Origin: Blastocladiella emersonii ATCC 22665
Taxonomy: Eukaryota; Fungi; Blastocladiomycota
Direction of reading: 5' to 3'
Assembly (NCBI GenBank): GCA_025594325.1
Contig: JANHCV010000002.1
Span: 992,001 to 1,056,000 of the forward strand
DNA length: 64,000 bases
Shown: piece after piece, positions 22,041 through 34,129 of the stretch
Layout: every line of letters begins with the position of its first letter
Numbering within the stretch: the first letter of the stretch is position 1
Notes under the pieces: generated by a model
The model's database searches: none
What the model was told of the DNA's origin: nothing
What the model saw: the letters and a program-made list of their open reading frames with translations, nothing else
Made by a program: the position numbers and the translations under genes

Positions 22041-25000
22041 ATGTCGTCGCTGTCGCTCGCCTCGCCCATCCCGGTCCTCGCCGACGAAACGGTCGCTGGG
22101 TCCTTGGCCGCAGTCACGTCCCCGCGGCCGCCGCTGCCGCTGCTCTCCCTCCATCATGAACCGCCGCCTCCGCCACCGTTTCCCCTTCGCCAGTCCTCGG
22201 TCCACCCACTCGCGCTACAAGAAGACTGCACCGGCTTCGCCTCGTCCGTGTCTGCATCGGCGGCTTCTGTGTCTGGCGGATCCATCTCTCCACCTGCGCT
22301 CCGACTCTCCTCCTCCTCGGCCACGGCCACGTCGACGGCCACCACCACCTGCGCGACGCTGACGCTCCCGCTGGCCCTCTCGCCCTCCATCTTCAACACG
22401 CGCTACACCTGCGTGTCCCCCGTCGCCACCGTCGTCGTCGCGCCCTCGGCCGTCTCCTCCGGTCCTTCTGCTGCGGCTCCCGAGGCCACGGACGCACCCT
22501 CGATCTCGGATCATCTCGCAGGTACCAATCTCTCGCGCTCTGTGCTCCTCGTCGCCCTCGCTCCTCCTCCCGCTCCCGTCGTCGCGCACCGCGGCCTCGC
22601 CGTCGCTCAAATGTGCCCTGCTCCCCCTCGCCTCCCCGGCGTCGCAGGCTCTTGACTCGGTTTGAGGCGCGTCCCCGCTTCTCCCCTTCACCTCTCCTTC
22701 ATCATCGCCATCACTGGCAGTGCCTGGGCGTCGTCGCCGACCTGTCTGCCTCACTGTCGCGACACCCCGCCCCCACACCACGTCGCGCGTCGCGTCGAAA
22801 CGAGCTTATCACTGACTCGAAACCTCCCCGCCCGTGCCGCTCGCGTTCCCTCGTGGTCGCCGCGCCCCATCAACTCGAAACGCAGCCGGTCCCATTTCGG
22901 GTCTGCCGACGCCCGCCGAGCAGTGGTCCGCGACCTCGTCCATTGTTCCCGCGCCGCAGCCGGATCAGCCGCTGCACGCCTCCGCCGCGCACGATCACGG
23001 CCTCCATCACGGCGGCGGCACCGACCTCGATCACCGGTTTTGCCTCCACTCCCACCATCTCGGAGCGCCCGAACAATCGTCGCCGGCGACCTCGGCCCCG
23101 CAGCCACTCGATCATTTTTCCGCCGTACCGACCGCGCCACCGACGCCACTCGCCTCGCTCCACCACGACGACGCGCTCCACGCCCTCGGCGACCTGCACT
23201 ACCTGGCCTCGACCGTGTTTGACGTCGTCGACCTCTCGGCCGCCATGGGTCCCGCGCCTGCCTCCGCTGCCGCCTCGGCCTCGTCGCCGTACCCCGTCTC
23301 CGACGTGTCGTTCGCGCCCAACGAGTCGGCCGCGCTCATGCACCAGCACCCGCAACACCACTACTCGTCCGACTTTTCGCAGTCGTCGTCGTCCGACTAC
23401 TCGGCCGATCGCATGCTGCCCGCCATGGTCTTGCCGTCGGACCAGTACGACGCGCCGCACCCCCGGCCGCTCTCCTCCTCGTCGACCAGCAACAACAACA
23501 ACCATCTCCCGCATCAGCCATCGCTCCTCAGCCAGGCCCTCGAACTGGCGACCGCCTCGGACCACCACCACCACCACGCGCCGCCGTCCTACGCCTCCTC
23601 CTCCTCGTCGTCCTCGCAATACCCATTCCCGTCGGCCTCGGCCGAGACCGAGCAGCCCGACCAGCACCAGCAGCACTTCCACCATCCTCACCACGCTCAG
23701 CCGTACCACAACCACCACCATCACCACCACCAGTCGTACTCGCAGTACCCGGACCCGCACCCGTCGTCGCACCTGCACCACCACGCGACGGCCCCGCCGA
23801 GCCCCGACTACATGCAGATCTACAGCCAGGCGGCCGCGGCTGCCGCAGCCGTTGCGGCGGCCAACATGTCGGCGACAGCGTCCGCGTCGGCGTCGCCCGC
23901 GCTGCACTCGGGCGTCGCGCCGTCGTCGTCGTACCTCGACTTTCTGCCGAGCAACGCCAGCAACACGGCGCACGCGTCGCTGTTCCCCGACACGGGCTCG
24001 TCGGGCTACACGGTGTCGCCGCTGATCGGGCCCGAGCACCACGCGCGGCTCCAGCAGCAGCATGACTCGCAGCAATCATTGTACCACCCCTCCTCTTCTT
24101 CCTCGCAAACCATTCCCGTCCCCGTCTCGGCCGCGTTGACCGCGGCTATCCCGCCCGTGGACCCTGCCAACGCCGACGGTGGCTCGCTGCTCTCTGGTAC
24201 GCTGATTTTTCTCCGCTTCGTGGGTGGGTGACGCGCCTTGACTCACGCGTGCTGCGCCACCACCGCTTCCAGTATCCATGGGCGGCGCCACTTCCAGCCA
24301 CCACCACCACGCCCACCATTTCACGTCGGCGAGCGACGCGTCGTCGATGCCCGGCCTCGCCTCGTCACCCACCACGGTCCTCGCCTTCGCCGACGGCACC
24401 TTCCCGTGCGGCGGCGGCGCGGCGCACGCGTCGCCGAGCCTCGGCCTCCCGCCCGCGCCCGCCAAGAAGCGCAACAGCGACCACCTCGACTACCACCCGG
24501 TCGGCCCCCCCGTGCCCTCGCCGTCGATGCTCCCGTCCGCGTACGCCTCGGGCAACAACGCCGCGTTCGCGGCCGCGCTCGCCGTCGCGCAGTACATGCG
24601 GGGCACGTCGCCAACGACGGCGACCGTCTCGGGCTCGCCGTACGCCGCGACGACGTGGCTTGCGTCGCCGACGCTACCCGCGGCGTACGACCTGACGACC
24701 GTCAGCGACGCGCTGATCGCGTCCGAGACGGGCGGCGCGTCGCCCGGGTCCGCGGCCAAGCGCGCGCGCATCGCGTCCGGGTATGGGAGTAGTGACCGGT
24801 GCGAGATGGTCGTGGTCTCGTCGCCCGCGTCCGTCGCGTCGTCGCCGCTCATTTCGGGGACCGGGTCGACCGGCACGCCGCGCGGGGCCAAGTTCAAGCT
24901 GCACCGGTCCATGTCGTCGCCCAACCCGATCTCGCTCGCGCACCTGCGCCGCGCGAGTATGGTCGCGGTCGCGAACGGCTGCACGGGTGCTGACCTCGCG

Positions 25001-26053
25001 CGGTCGCCGACCGCCGACGGGATCGGCGCGGCCGGCATGATGCGCCAGCGCGTCCACAGCGTGTCGGTCCCGCACTCGCAGCTGTACGCCAACTTTGACA
25101 ACGCGTCGACCGAGTCGCTCCCGCCGCTGCCGTCGCTGCCGTCGCCCATGGCGTTCGCCGACGTCGGTACCGGGCATCACCACCTCGCGCACCAGCACCC
25201 GCACCCGTACCACCAGCACCACCACGCGTCGCCGCAGCTCCACATCCAGCCCATGGCGCCCGGCATGGCGGGTAACCAGGTGGGTCTCGTCGACAGCGGG
25301 CTCGCGCTCTCGGCATCGGGGATCCCGCTGCCCGTGGTCCCGGCGAGCGCGGCTGCCGCCACGGCGCTCCCTGCCGGCCCGTCGTCGGCGACGGCCGTCC
25401 CGGCCCCCGCGCCCGCGTCAACGGCCGACCAGCCCGCGTCAGCATCGACTGTCGCTGCAGCATCAACCGGCGCCGACACGGACGCGCTGGGCGACGGCAC
25501 GGTGCGCGAGCAGCCGCTGCGGTTCCCGGACGACATGTACACGCCGCGGTACGTCCGCTTCGCTGGCGCGGCCAAGGAGGGCCGGTGCGACCACTGCCCG
25601 ACGCCGCGGTGGCTGCAGCTCAAGAACTCGGCCTTTTGGTACCACACGCAGTTCTTCCACGGCATCTCGTCGGTGTCGGGGCAGCCGTTCCGCGACCCCG
25701 TCGAGCGCCGCCGCGTCCACCTCCCGCCGCCGCCGCCGGCCCCGCCCAAGGACGGCAAGGAGAGCAAACCCGCCCGTGCGTCGACGGCCGCCTCGCGCAC
25801 GGTCGAGGAGGGCCGCTGCCACCAGTGTAACGAGTGGGTCCAGCTGTCGTCGTCCAAGCGCCGGTGCGGCGCCGTCGCGTGGTACCGTCACGCACACAAG
25901 TGCCACGTCTACGCGAAGCCGCTCGGCGGGATCCTCATCTCGGGCGCGCCGGTGTCGACCACCACCGGCGGCGGTGCTGCGGGCGACGGTGCCGGCGCGA
26001 GCTCGGGGGCGTCGTCGACCACGGCCGAGCCCGTGCAGCAGCAGCAGCACTAG
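22041..26053 (+). CDS. Rua1-like transcriptional regulator with C-terminal DUF4451 zinc domain; exons 22041-22521, 22886-24196, 24273-26053
   Basis: DMYTPRYVR..KEGRCDHC..RWLQLKNSAFWYHTQFFHGISSVSGQPF..EGRCHQCNEWV..WYRHAHKCH. His/Gln/Ser-rich N-terminus. Both introns join in phase 1; the first exon is less certain. Confidence 0.8.
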
Positions 26054-26562
26054 GACACCCGGTCTCGTCGAGGATGACCCCCACCCGCCTGTAAATATCC
26101 ACCCCACACGTTTGTACCCTCCCCCCTTCCCTTCCTCCTTCGCGTAGTCTCTAGCCATGTAATGCACCCCACTTCTCTCCACCCAAAGTCCGCGAGAATC
26201 TCCATCAGGGACCGCGGGCGGTCGAGTGAGTCGGCGCGAGCTCGCTCGAGCTCAAGTCCGTGCGCCTGATCGAGTCCGTGATGATGATCTTCGCTTTCGA
26301 CGCGACTGGGCGCATTCGACGCACCACCGCATCCCGCTCAAGCTTCTTCGCGCGCGCTTCCATCATGTCACCACATCACTGCACGCGGGGTGGCGCGGCG
26401 CGGTGCGAGCGGAAGGCACGGATGCCGGAACGACGCTGATCCGGTGTGCTCGCACCGCACTGCACTGCTTTGCGGCGGCGTCGGCGCGTGCGCATGTGCG
26501 TCGTTGCACTTGCAGCACGCGAGGGACAGGACAGGAGCGACAGTACGCCTCGCCGGCCGGGC

Positions 26563-26568
26563 TATAAT
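26563..26568 (+). promoter_or_regulatory. TATA-like element upstream of the metacaspase
   Basis: TATAAT about 80 nt upstream of the ATG in a GC-rich context. Confidence 0.35.
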
Positions 26569-26645
26569 GCCCGCGCGCGCCCCCGCCGACTTCTCTCGCT
26601 CCCCACCTAACCGACTACCTCCAAAACAACGAATCATCATCAAAT

Positions 26646-27878
26646 ATGCCCTCTGTCGCCTATTGCATCGGACTGAACTACAGCGGCTCCGAGAGCCCGC
26701 TGTCGGGTTGCGAGATCGACGCCAACACCATGTCGGGCGTGGCGGCGGGCATGGGCATCGACGAGATCAACACGGTCACGGACCTCGACGAGCCCGTGAC
26801 GCGCGACCAGGTGCTCGCCAGTCTGCGCGAGATGGTCGCCCAGGCCGAGCCTGGAGACTCGCTGCTCTTCTCCTTCTCGGGCCACGGCGGCCAGGTCGCC
26901 GACGCCAACGCCGACGAGACCGACGGCCATGACGAGGCCATCTACTGCAGCGACGGGCCCATCACCGACGACGAGATCCGCGAGATCATGGCCGACCTGC
27001 CCGAGGGCGCCAACATGACCATGGTGTACGACTCCTGCCAGTCGGGCACGATCGTCGACCTCGACTTCAGCGACGCCGACATTGCCGGCAACCTCGTGGT
27101 CCTGTCGTCGTGCACGTCGACCGAGCTGTCGGGCGCCACCGACAACGGTTCGCTCTTCACCAACGCCGTGGCCGAGGTCATGGCCGCCAACCCGGGCGTG
27201 ACGTGGGCCGAGGCCGCCGAGCTCATCGACGCGGCCGACGGCAGCGACACGCAGTTCGCCAACGTGGCGGCCAACCGCGCCGAGCTCCTGTACGAGCCCG
27301 CGTTTGCGCCCGTGACCGAGGCCGCACGCGACCACACCGCCGAGGCCGCCGCGCTCGGCTCGGCCATTGCGACCGAGGACCGCGACGGCGACGGGTACGC
27401 GGAGCGCACGGTCGAGACGCTCGAGGACGGCACCGTGATCGAGTGCGTCGACCTCGACGGCGACGGCGTCGTTGACGTGACGGCCACGCACCACACGGAC
27501 GGCACCACGACGCTCGAGCACGACCAGGACGGCGACGGGTTCGCCGACACGGTCGCCACGTTCGCCGCCGACGGGTCCGTCACCTACGTCGCGGCCGATA
27601 TGCCCGCGTACACGGGCGGCGCCGAGGGCGGCGACGGGTACCTCGAGACGCGCCTCGAGACGTACCCCGACGGGACCCAGTTCATCGGGGTCGACTACGA
27701 CGGCGACGGTGTCCTCGAGACGGGCGCGGATACCAACAACGACGGGCTGATTGACGGCGCCATGGATGTGAATGTCGACGGGACCACGGACCTCACGTAC
27801 CAGATGGATCTCGCGGGCGGCGTCACCGAGCTCGCGGCGATCGCGGATATCGACATTGGCGGCGATGTGTGCTGCTAA
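26646..27878 (+). CDS. Metacaspase (peptidase C14) fused to DxDxDG calcium-binding-type repeats, ending in CC; intronless
   Basis: IGLNY..L.GC.ID, FSFSGHGGQ (catalytic His), acidic loop DANADETDGHDEAI, YDSCQSG (catalytic Cys), p10-like VVLSSC..GSLFT, followed by the repeat tail. Confidence 0.9.
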   Translation: MPSVAYCIGLNYSGSESPLSGCEIDANTMSGVAAGMGIDEINTVTDLDEPVTRDQVLASLREMVAQAEPGDSLLFSFSGHGGQVADANADETDGHDEAIYCSDGPITDDEIREIMADLPEGANMTMVYDSCQSGTIVDLDFSDADIAGNLVVLSSCTSTELSGATDNGSLFTNAVAEVMAANPGVTWAEAAELIDAADGSDTQFANVAANRAELLYEPAFAPVTEAARDHTAEAAALGSAIATEDRDGDGYAERTVETLEDGTVIECVDLDGDGVVDVTATHHTDGTTTLEHDQDGDGFADTVATFAADGSVTYVAADMPAYTGGAEGGDGYLETRLETYPDGTQFIGVDYDGDGVLETGADTNNDGLIDGAMDVNVDGTTDLTYQMDLAGGVTELAAIADIDIGGDVCC

Positions 27879-28004
27879 GTGGTGCGAAGGCGGTTTGTGC
27901 CTTTGTTTGATAGATACTCCTTTCTGCTCCACCTGTGCGGTCCTCATGAGCGACGCGAGCGACCGCAGACGCGTTGTATCAGTACATGTCCCTCCCTCAC
28001 ACGA

Positions 28005-30169
28005 CTACTTGATAATCATCAGGTTCCCCATCGACACGGCCTGCACGCGGCGCAGCGTGCCGTCCTTGAGCTCGAGGTCGTCGACGAGGTTGAGCCCGCC
28101 CGACTCGCTCTTCTTCTTGCCACCGCCGCCGCCGCCCTCGCGCGCCGCCGCAGCCGTCTTGCCCGACTTGACGGCGGCCGCGGCAGCGGCAGCAGCGTCG
28201 CTCTTCCGAATCTCCTCAATGGACGCTGTCGAGCCCGCGCTGAACAGGTCCATGCCGCCCATGCTCTTCGTGGGCCGCGTCCGGCCGAGCGCGGGCGGGG
28301 CAGGACGCCGGCGGCCGTTCGATGGCGGCGGGTTGGCCGGTGGTCGCGGCATCGAGCTTGGCGAGGAGGAACCCGTGGGCTCTTTGCGACCTGGGGCGGG
28401 CGGCGAGGCGGGTTGCTGGTACAGCCGCGACGTCACGGCGTTGGCCTTGCTCGAGATCGGGACCGACTACAAAGAGACGATTAGCGTGCTGATGAAGCAA
28501 TGGCGACGGTGGCCGTACCGATGACAAAACAGGTGCCGGTATTGCTGCGCTGATGGGCCCGTTGGCCGGGTCGGCGGCGGCCGCGGCCTGCTGCTCGCGG
28601 ATCATGGCCAGCTTGCGCTGGTTGATGGCGTCCATGCGCGCCTTGAACGCGTCCGTGTAGTTGTCCGGGTTGGTCAGCCGTGACGTGACGTTCTTGGCCT
28701 TTTCCTAAACGTTCGAGAAGTGAGCCTCCAAGTCGCGCGACCCGACACTGCCGCGACCGTACCCGCTTCTCGGCCTCCATGGACTCCATGTACGCGGTGC
28801 TGATCGGCGCGACAGTCCCCAACGAGTCCTGCCGCCTCGCCGTGCCGCCCGGCCGCGCGGACACGATGCTCGCGCGGCGGAACGCCTCGCCCGCCTTGCC
28901 GTCAATCGACGGGAGCCCCGACGCCGGCAGCACGGGTGCGCGCAGGTTCCGCTCCGCGTCGTGCAGCGCCGCGTCGATTTCGAGGATACAGCTCGTCGGG
29001 TCCACGGCCGCCGCGGCCGCAGCTGCAGCAGCCTCGCGCCTTGTCCCGCCGCCGCCGCTCAGGCTCATCAGGTCCCCGCGCGACCCGCGAGTGCCGGGCC
29101 CACTGCGGAGGTTGGACGTGGACGCCGCCACGGTCGAGGTGAGCGAGCCGCGGCGCGACCCGCCGCCAGCCCCGCCGGTGCCGGTGCTCGAGCTCAGGTT
29201 GTTGGTGCTCCCGCGCAGCTTGGGCGACGAGCCGAGTAGGTTCTGCGAGCTCCCGCGCGCGAGCCGGTTCGACGACGACTTTTGCGGTTGTTGTGCGAGC
29301 GCGCCGGACCCGAGCGCGGCGCCCGTGTTCAGCTGGGTGCGAGATGCGCGGCGAGTACTCGTCGTAGCGGCGGCGGCGGCCTGCGCCCGCGTCGCAATGT
29401 TTCCGCTCGGAGGGCGCACGGGCGCGAGACCCGCCATCGACTTGGACTGCGCCTTGGACTGCGCGAGCGGCACCGAGCTGGTGGTGCTGCCGAACGCGGA
29501 CCGTTCGGGCGGCGGGGTCTGGCCGGGGAGCCGGCGCGAGGGCGCAGCCGGTGCGTTGGGTCGCGCGGGGACGGGGACCTCGCGGTCGCGCACGACTGAG
29601 GCCTGCGTGGTCACGGACGAAGCCGCGGTGGTCGGGCTCGGCTGCAGCGCGGCCATGACGCGGTCGAGCTTGACGATCGCGGGCAGCGGCGCCTGCTTGG
29701 ACCCCGACCCGGGGCGGTTGACCGAGGCGGCGTGCGACATGACGGCAAACGAGTCGCTGCCGCCGTTGAGCATGACGAGCTGCGGCTCGGGCCAGCCCGT
29801 CGACAGCGACGCCGAGTGTAGCCCCGGCTGGCTACTGTGGAGCGACGAGCGAGATCCAGAACTGTTGGACGTATCGTCGGTCATGGTCGACGCGGCGTCG
29901 TCGAGCAGCGAGCCGCTTGAGGAGCACGACGCGAGAAGGTTCATCTGCGAGGCGCGCAACCGCGCCTTGACGGCGATCTTGGAGCCCTCCATGGCGGCCA
30001 GCGGCTTCGGATCGGGCGACTCGCCGTCGCACAAGCCCTCGAGGATCGCGGACTCGTCAAGATTGTTGAGCGCGCTCTCATCGTCGTCGACGGCGGCGTC
30101 GCGCCCGCTTCGTGTCGGGGAGGCCGATGCGGATGCTCGGCTGGACATGGTGATGGTGGTGCTGTTCAC
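28005..30169 (-). CDS. Disordered Ser/Ala-rich protein with two KAxxVTSRL motifs; exons 30169-28763, 28704-28519, 28466-28005
   Basis: Two phase-0 GT-AG introns join ORFs 28481-30169, 28216-28635 and 28005-28436. Confidence 0.7.
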
Positions 30170-30483
30170 ATTCGTTTTCCTTGTTGGGGAAGAGCAGCGG
30201 GTAGTGGAAACGCCATGTCCATGAGTTCATCAAGTGCGGGACACTATTTTCTCCAGGCACACGCGATAATTTGCAGCCGAGAACGTGCGAGACAGCCGCG
30301 TCTCTGAGACGCGTCCCTGCGCCACATACTGCCGGCGATGGGCGTGGCAGGTTCTCGAACAAGTGGCGCTTCGCCACCACCACCTAACTTCGCCAGTCGC
30401 TCGGGTCCCTGCTCCGCTCGTCTCCCCTCGTTCCTGAATGATAGCTTATGCAGAGAGCGAACCCACCCACTTGACGCAAACAC

Positions 30484-31265
30484 ATGGAACTCCCGCACAT
30501 CGGCAAGCACTGCGGCCTTGCCGGCTGCAACGAGCTGGGTGTGTGTGTGGCCGCTGCCTCGCTTGCCGCTCATCGCTGACTTTAGCCCGCGCGATGGCGT
30601 CAAGACTTTCTCCCGTACACGTGCAACCGGTGTCGCGGCGTCTTCTGGTTCGTGTGCCTCGTGGTGTCATGAATGCAAGCCCTTGTCCCTGACGCTTGTT
30701 CCCCGCCGTAGCCAGGAACACTGGAAGGTTGACGACCACGCGTGCCCGAAGCTGCACGATCCGAGCTACGACCGCATCGTGCCGAGCTGTCCGCTGTGCG
30801 GCCAAGTCGGTGCGCTTCCCACTGCTCCCTCAGCCTCGCCCACCAACGCTCACCCTTAACCCTCACCTAGTCCCCGTCGGCCGCAACGAGGACCCGAACC
30901 GACGCGTCGACGCACACATCGCGTCGGGCTGCCAAGTGACGGCGACCGCGGCTTCGCGCGCCCCGCCGACCTCGAAATGCGCGCTCAAGGGCTGCACCGC
31001 GAAAACCACCGTCCCCGTCGTCTGCAAGGCGTGCCACCTCAAGTTCTGCCTCAAGCACCGCCTCGAGCGCGACCACGACTGCACTCCGCCCCCGCCGCCA
31101 CCACCGCCGAGCGCCGGCGCACGGTTCGGCGCCAAGATGGCGGCCGCTGCGTCGTCGGCTGCTGCGTCGGTGCAGAGCGTGAGCGGAGGTGGTAGCGGCG
31201 CGGGAAGGCGGCCGGGAGCGGGGCCGAAGAAGGGCGGGAAGAAGGGCGACTGCGCGATCATGTAA
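30484..31265 (+). CDS. AN1-type double zinc-finger protein (ZFAND2/AIRAP-like)
   Basis: MELPHIGKHC...CNEL/DFLPYTC.RC...FC.EHW...H.C; VPSCPLCGQ; C..KGC......VVCKACHLKFCLKHRLERDHDC; three introns. Confidence 0.88.
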
Positions 31266-31333
31266 GCGACGACGGGAGACTCAGTTTTGCATCCAATAGA
31301 CAAGTGACTAGTGTGTATATGCCAACCACCCCA

Positions 31334-34129
31334 TCAAATGTCGTCGAACAGGTTTGTCTTGGGCCCGGCCCCCGCCTTCTTTCCGTTCCCGAACGCACTG
31401 AAGCTCGCCGACTTGGCGTGCCCGCCGCCGCCACCGCCGCCGCTCGGTGCGGGCGCGGCTGGTGGTGGCGCGAGACTGGCGGTCGCCAGTGCCGGCGCAG
31501 CTCCACTCGACCCACCGCCGGTGCCGCGCCCGAACCCGCCAAACGACGACAGCGACTTGGGCACCGACACGGACACGGACGACGAGAGCGGGTGGCTCGA
31601 CGACGTCGCCGTCGTCGCCGTGGTCGCCGGCGGCGGCGGGGGTGGTGGCATCGGAGCGGGACCCGCCGGCACCGCCGCCTGCTGCGCGGGCGCACCTCCA
31701 CCGCGGAAATTGCTGAACATGTTGTTGATCGGGTTGAGCGGGATCGTGCGTCGGCCCGCCGCGGGCGAGGGGCCGGTCGACCCTGCGCTCGCGGGACTGT
31801 GCGCGCCGCTGCCGCTCGGTGGGGGCACGGGAGACGCGCTGGCCGAGTTCGTCGTTTGCGGTCCGGGTGGCGGCGGCGGGAGCGGTGTCAGCTTCGTCGG
31901 GGGTGGCGATGGCGCAACGGCCGCGGCGCGGGCTGCCGACAGCGCGGCCGAGTTGGCGATCCCGCCGATGGTGCGCTTACCGCGCTTGGAGAGCGGGACG
32001 AACGCGTCGTCGGCGAGGTACGTCGGCGAGATGGCGTTCGGCGAAGCGACCGCGGGCGACGCGGCCGACGGCTCCATGGCGGTGACGAGCCGCTGCTGCT
32101 CGATGGGCGCGGTGCTCGAAGTCGAAGCGGACCACGCGACCTGGTTGCCCGCGTCGCGCTGCGCCTTGGCCTGCTGCAGGAGGAGCCGGCCGTCGGCGCG
32201 CTCGGCGCCGCCCTCGCCGCCGAGCTCCTCGTCCTCGGCGGCCACGTACGACGTGTCGAGGTTGAGGCACTTGAAGATGCGGCCCTGCACGTTGAGCAGC
32301 GTGATGGCGCACAGGATCACGAGCGAGATCGGGACCCAGTCGTTGAACCCCTCGCCGAGCAGCGGGACCAGGTTGACGGTGCCCATGACCTGGTTGAACA
32401 CGAGCCGCTCGGCCTGCGCCAGGTTCGTGAAGTTCCACGCCATCGGGAACGTGAACCGCGTCATCTGCGCGGCAAAGAAGAGCAGCGACGGGACCGCCGA
32501 GTGGTGGCCCGGCGCGAGCTGGTGCAGCGAGAAGACGCGCAGCGAGAGCAGCGGCACGAACGCGCACGCCGTCAGGTACACGACCGCGCCGAGGCAGATG
32601 GCCTGCAGCAGCGTGTAGGAGTGCGTCTGCGTGATCAGGGCGAGCACCGACAGGCCCATGTTCATGGTGATCTCGCTCCATAGGATGCCGGCCGAGAAGA
32701 GCGCGAACACGACGGCGAGGACCCGAAGCGTCGCGGCGCGCAGGTAAATGTACCACACGTAGTCGAGCCGCTGCCGCCACGCCGGGCGGAACTTGCCGAC
32801 AATGTGGAACCGGCGGTCCGAGTTGTCGGCGTTGTCGAGCACGTCCTGGTAGAAGTGCGCCGTCGTGATGAGCGAGTTCCACTTGCTACACGGGCGTGCG
32901 AACGTCAGTCCGCTGTTGCTCGCCCGCTACACAAGCCACGGCGAGACGAACTATCGCCAGTTGTTGTACTCGCGCTGTGCGCGTTTGAGCGAGCGATTGA
33001 GCTGCTGTAAACTCTTGAGCGTCACCGAGCCCGGCGGCGGGGGCGGGGCCGCAGCGGGCTGTCCGCCCATGCCGACGCGCGAGAGCCAGCCCGTGATCCC
33101 GCCGCCACCGTTTGCAGCCGCCGCGGCAGCCGCGACGCGGTGCTCGTTCGGGCACTGCAGGAGGAGCTGCTCGACGTAGGGGCGGTTCTGGTCCGACACG
33201 GCGACAGCGCGGTCGAGGGCGGCGATCTCGCGGTAAATGGCGTCCCGCTCGCGCGTCGCGGTCTCGAACGACTCCTTGTAGCGCGGGGCGCGGTACTCGA
33301 GGATGGCGAGGCCGCGGCGCACGTCGGCAGCGTGCCACACCTCGCGCGGCACATCGACGAGGCCGTAGCTCAGGCACAGGATGAGCAGGATCAGACCGTA
33401 CGCGTTGGACAGCGCCATGCCGACGCCCTTGAGCGCAGCACTACAGTCGTGGCGCGTAGTTGGTGAGTCCTGGATCGCGGCGATGGTCGGCAGCGCGCAA
33501 CGTACAAGTTGATGGGTCCATTGACCACGGCGAGGTACGCGAGGAACACGAGGCCGATGATGAGGAGCACGCCGTAGTACCACGCGTTGTACCGGATGGC
33601 CTTGCGGAAGCGCTGGCGCGCCGTGAACCCGCCCGAGTTGTCGTACGACTGCAGGATCGGGATGGCGAGCCACGTCACGAAGAAGAGCGTCCAGTAGATG
33701 GACTGCCAGACGGTCCGCTGGGTCGCAGTCGAGAGGTAGACGAGGGGCGGGATGCAGTCGGACCCGCTCGCCTCGACACACTTGCGGTACGAAGTCTATT
33801 TGGACGGAGGCTCGCGTCAGCCAAGGAGAGAACAGTTTCAGGTGCACGCGAACACGTACTGAAGACAAGTCGAGCGGCAAAAAGTAGAGGATGGAGAAGG
33901 GGCCGGCCCAGCCGACTAGCACGACGATCTGGACATACCACGCGGCCGTCTTGCGGTCGCCGAGGTGGTTGACGATGGCGGCCGCGAGGAGGACGACGAG
34001 AACCCATCCCGTGATGATCCACGGTTCGCCCCAGTCCATGTCAAGGCTGGGCATCGCGGGAGCCGTCGGCCCGCCGCTGCCTCCGGTGCCGCCATCGGGC
34101 TCGACAGGGAGCGTCGCGTTGAGATACAT
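31334..34129 (-). CDS. LMBRD2: LMBR1-domain protein 2-like multi-pass membrane protein (multi-exon)
   Basis: LPLDLSS, W..IYWTLFFVTWLAIPILQSY..SG.FT...RF..AIRYN, MALSNAYGL.L....L.YGLVDVPR..W and A..FS..ILWSE. Confidence 0.88.

Noticed and set aside
6325-27878. P2X plus metacaspase as a clustered ATP-to-Ca2+-to-cell-death module
   Set aside because: They are about 19 kb apart with unrelated housekeeping genes between them, and the sequence shows no evidence of co-regulation.
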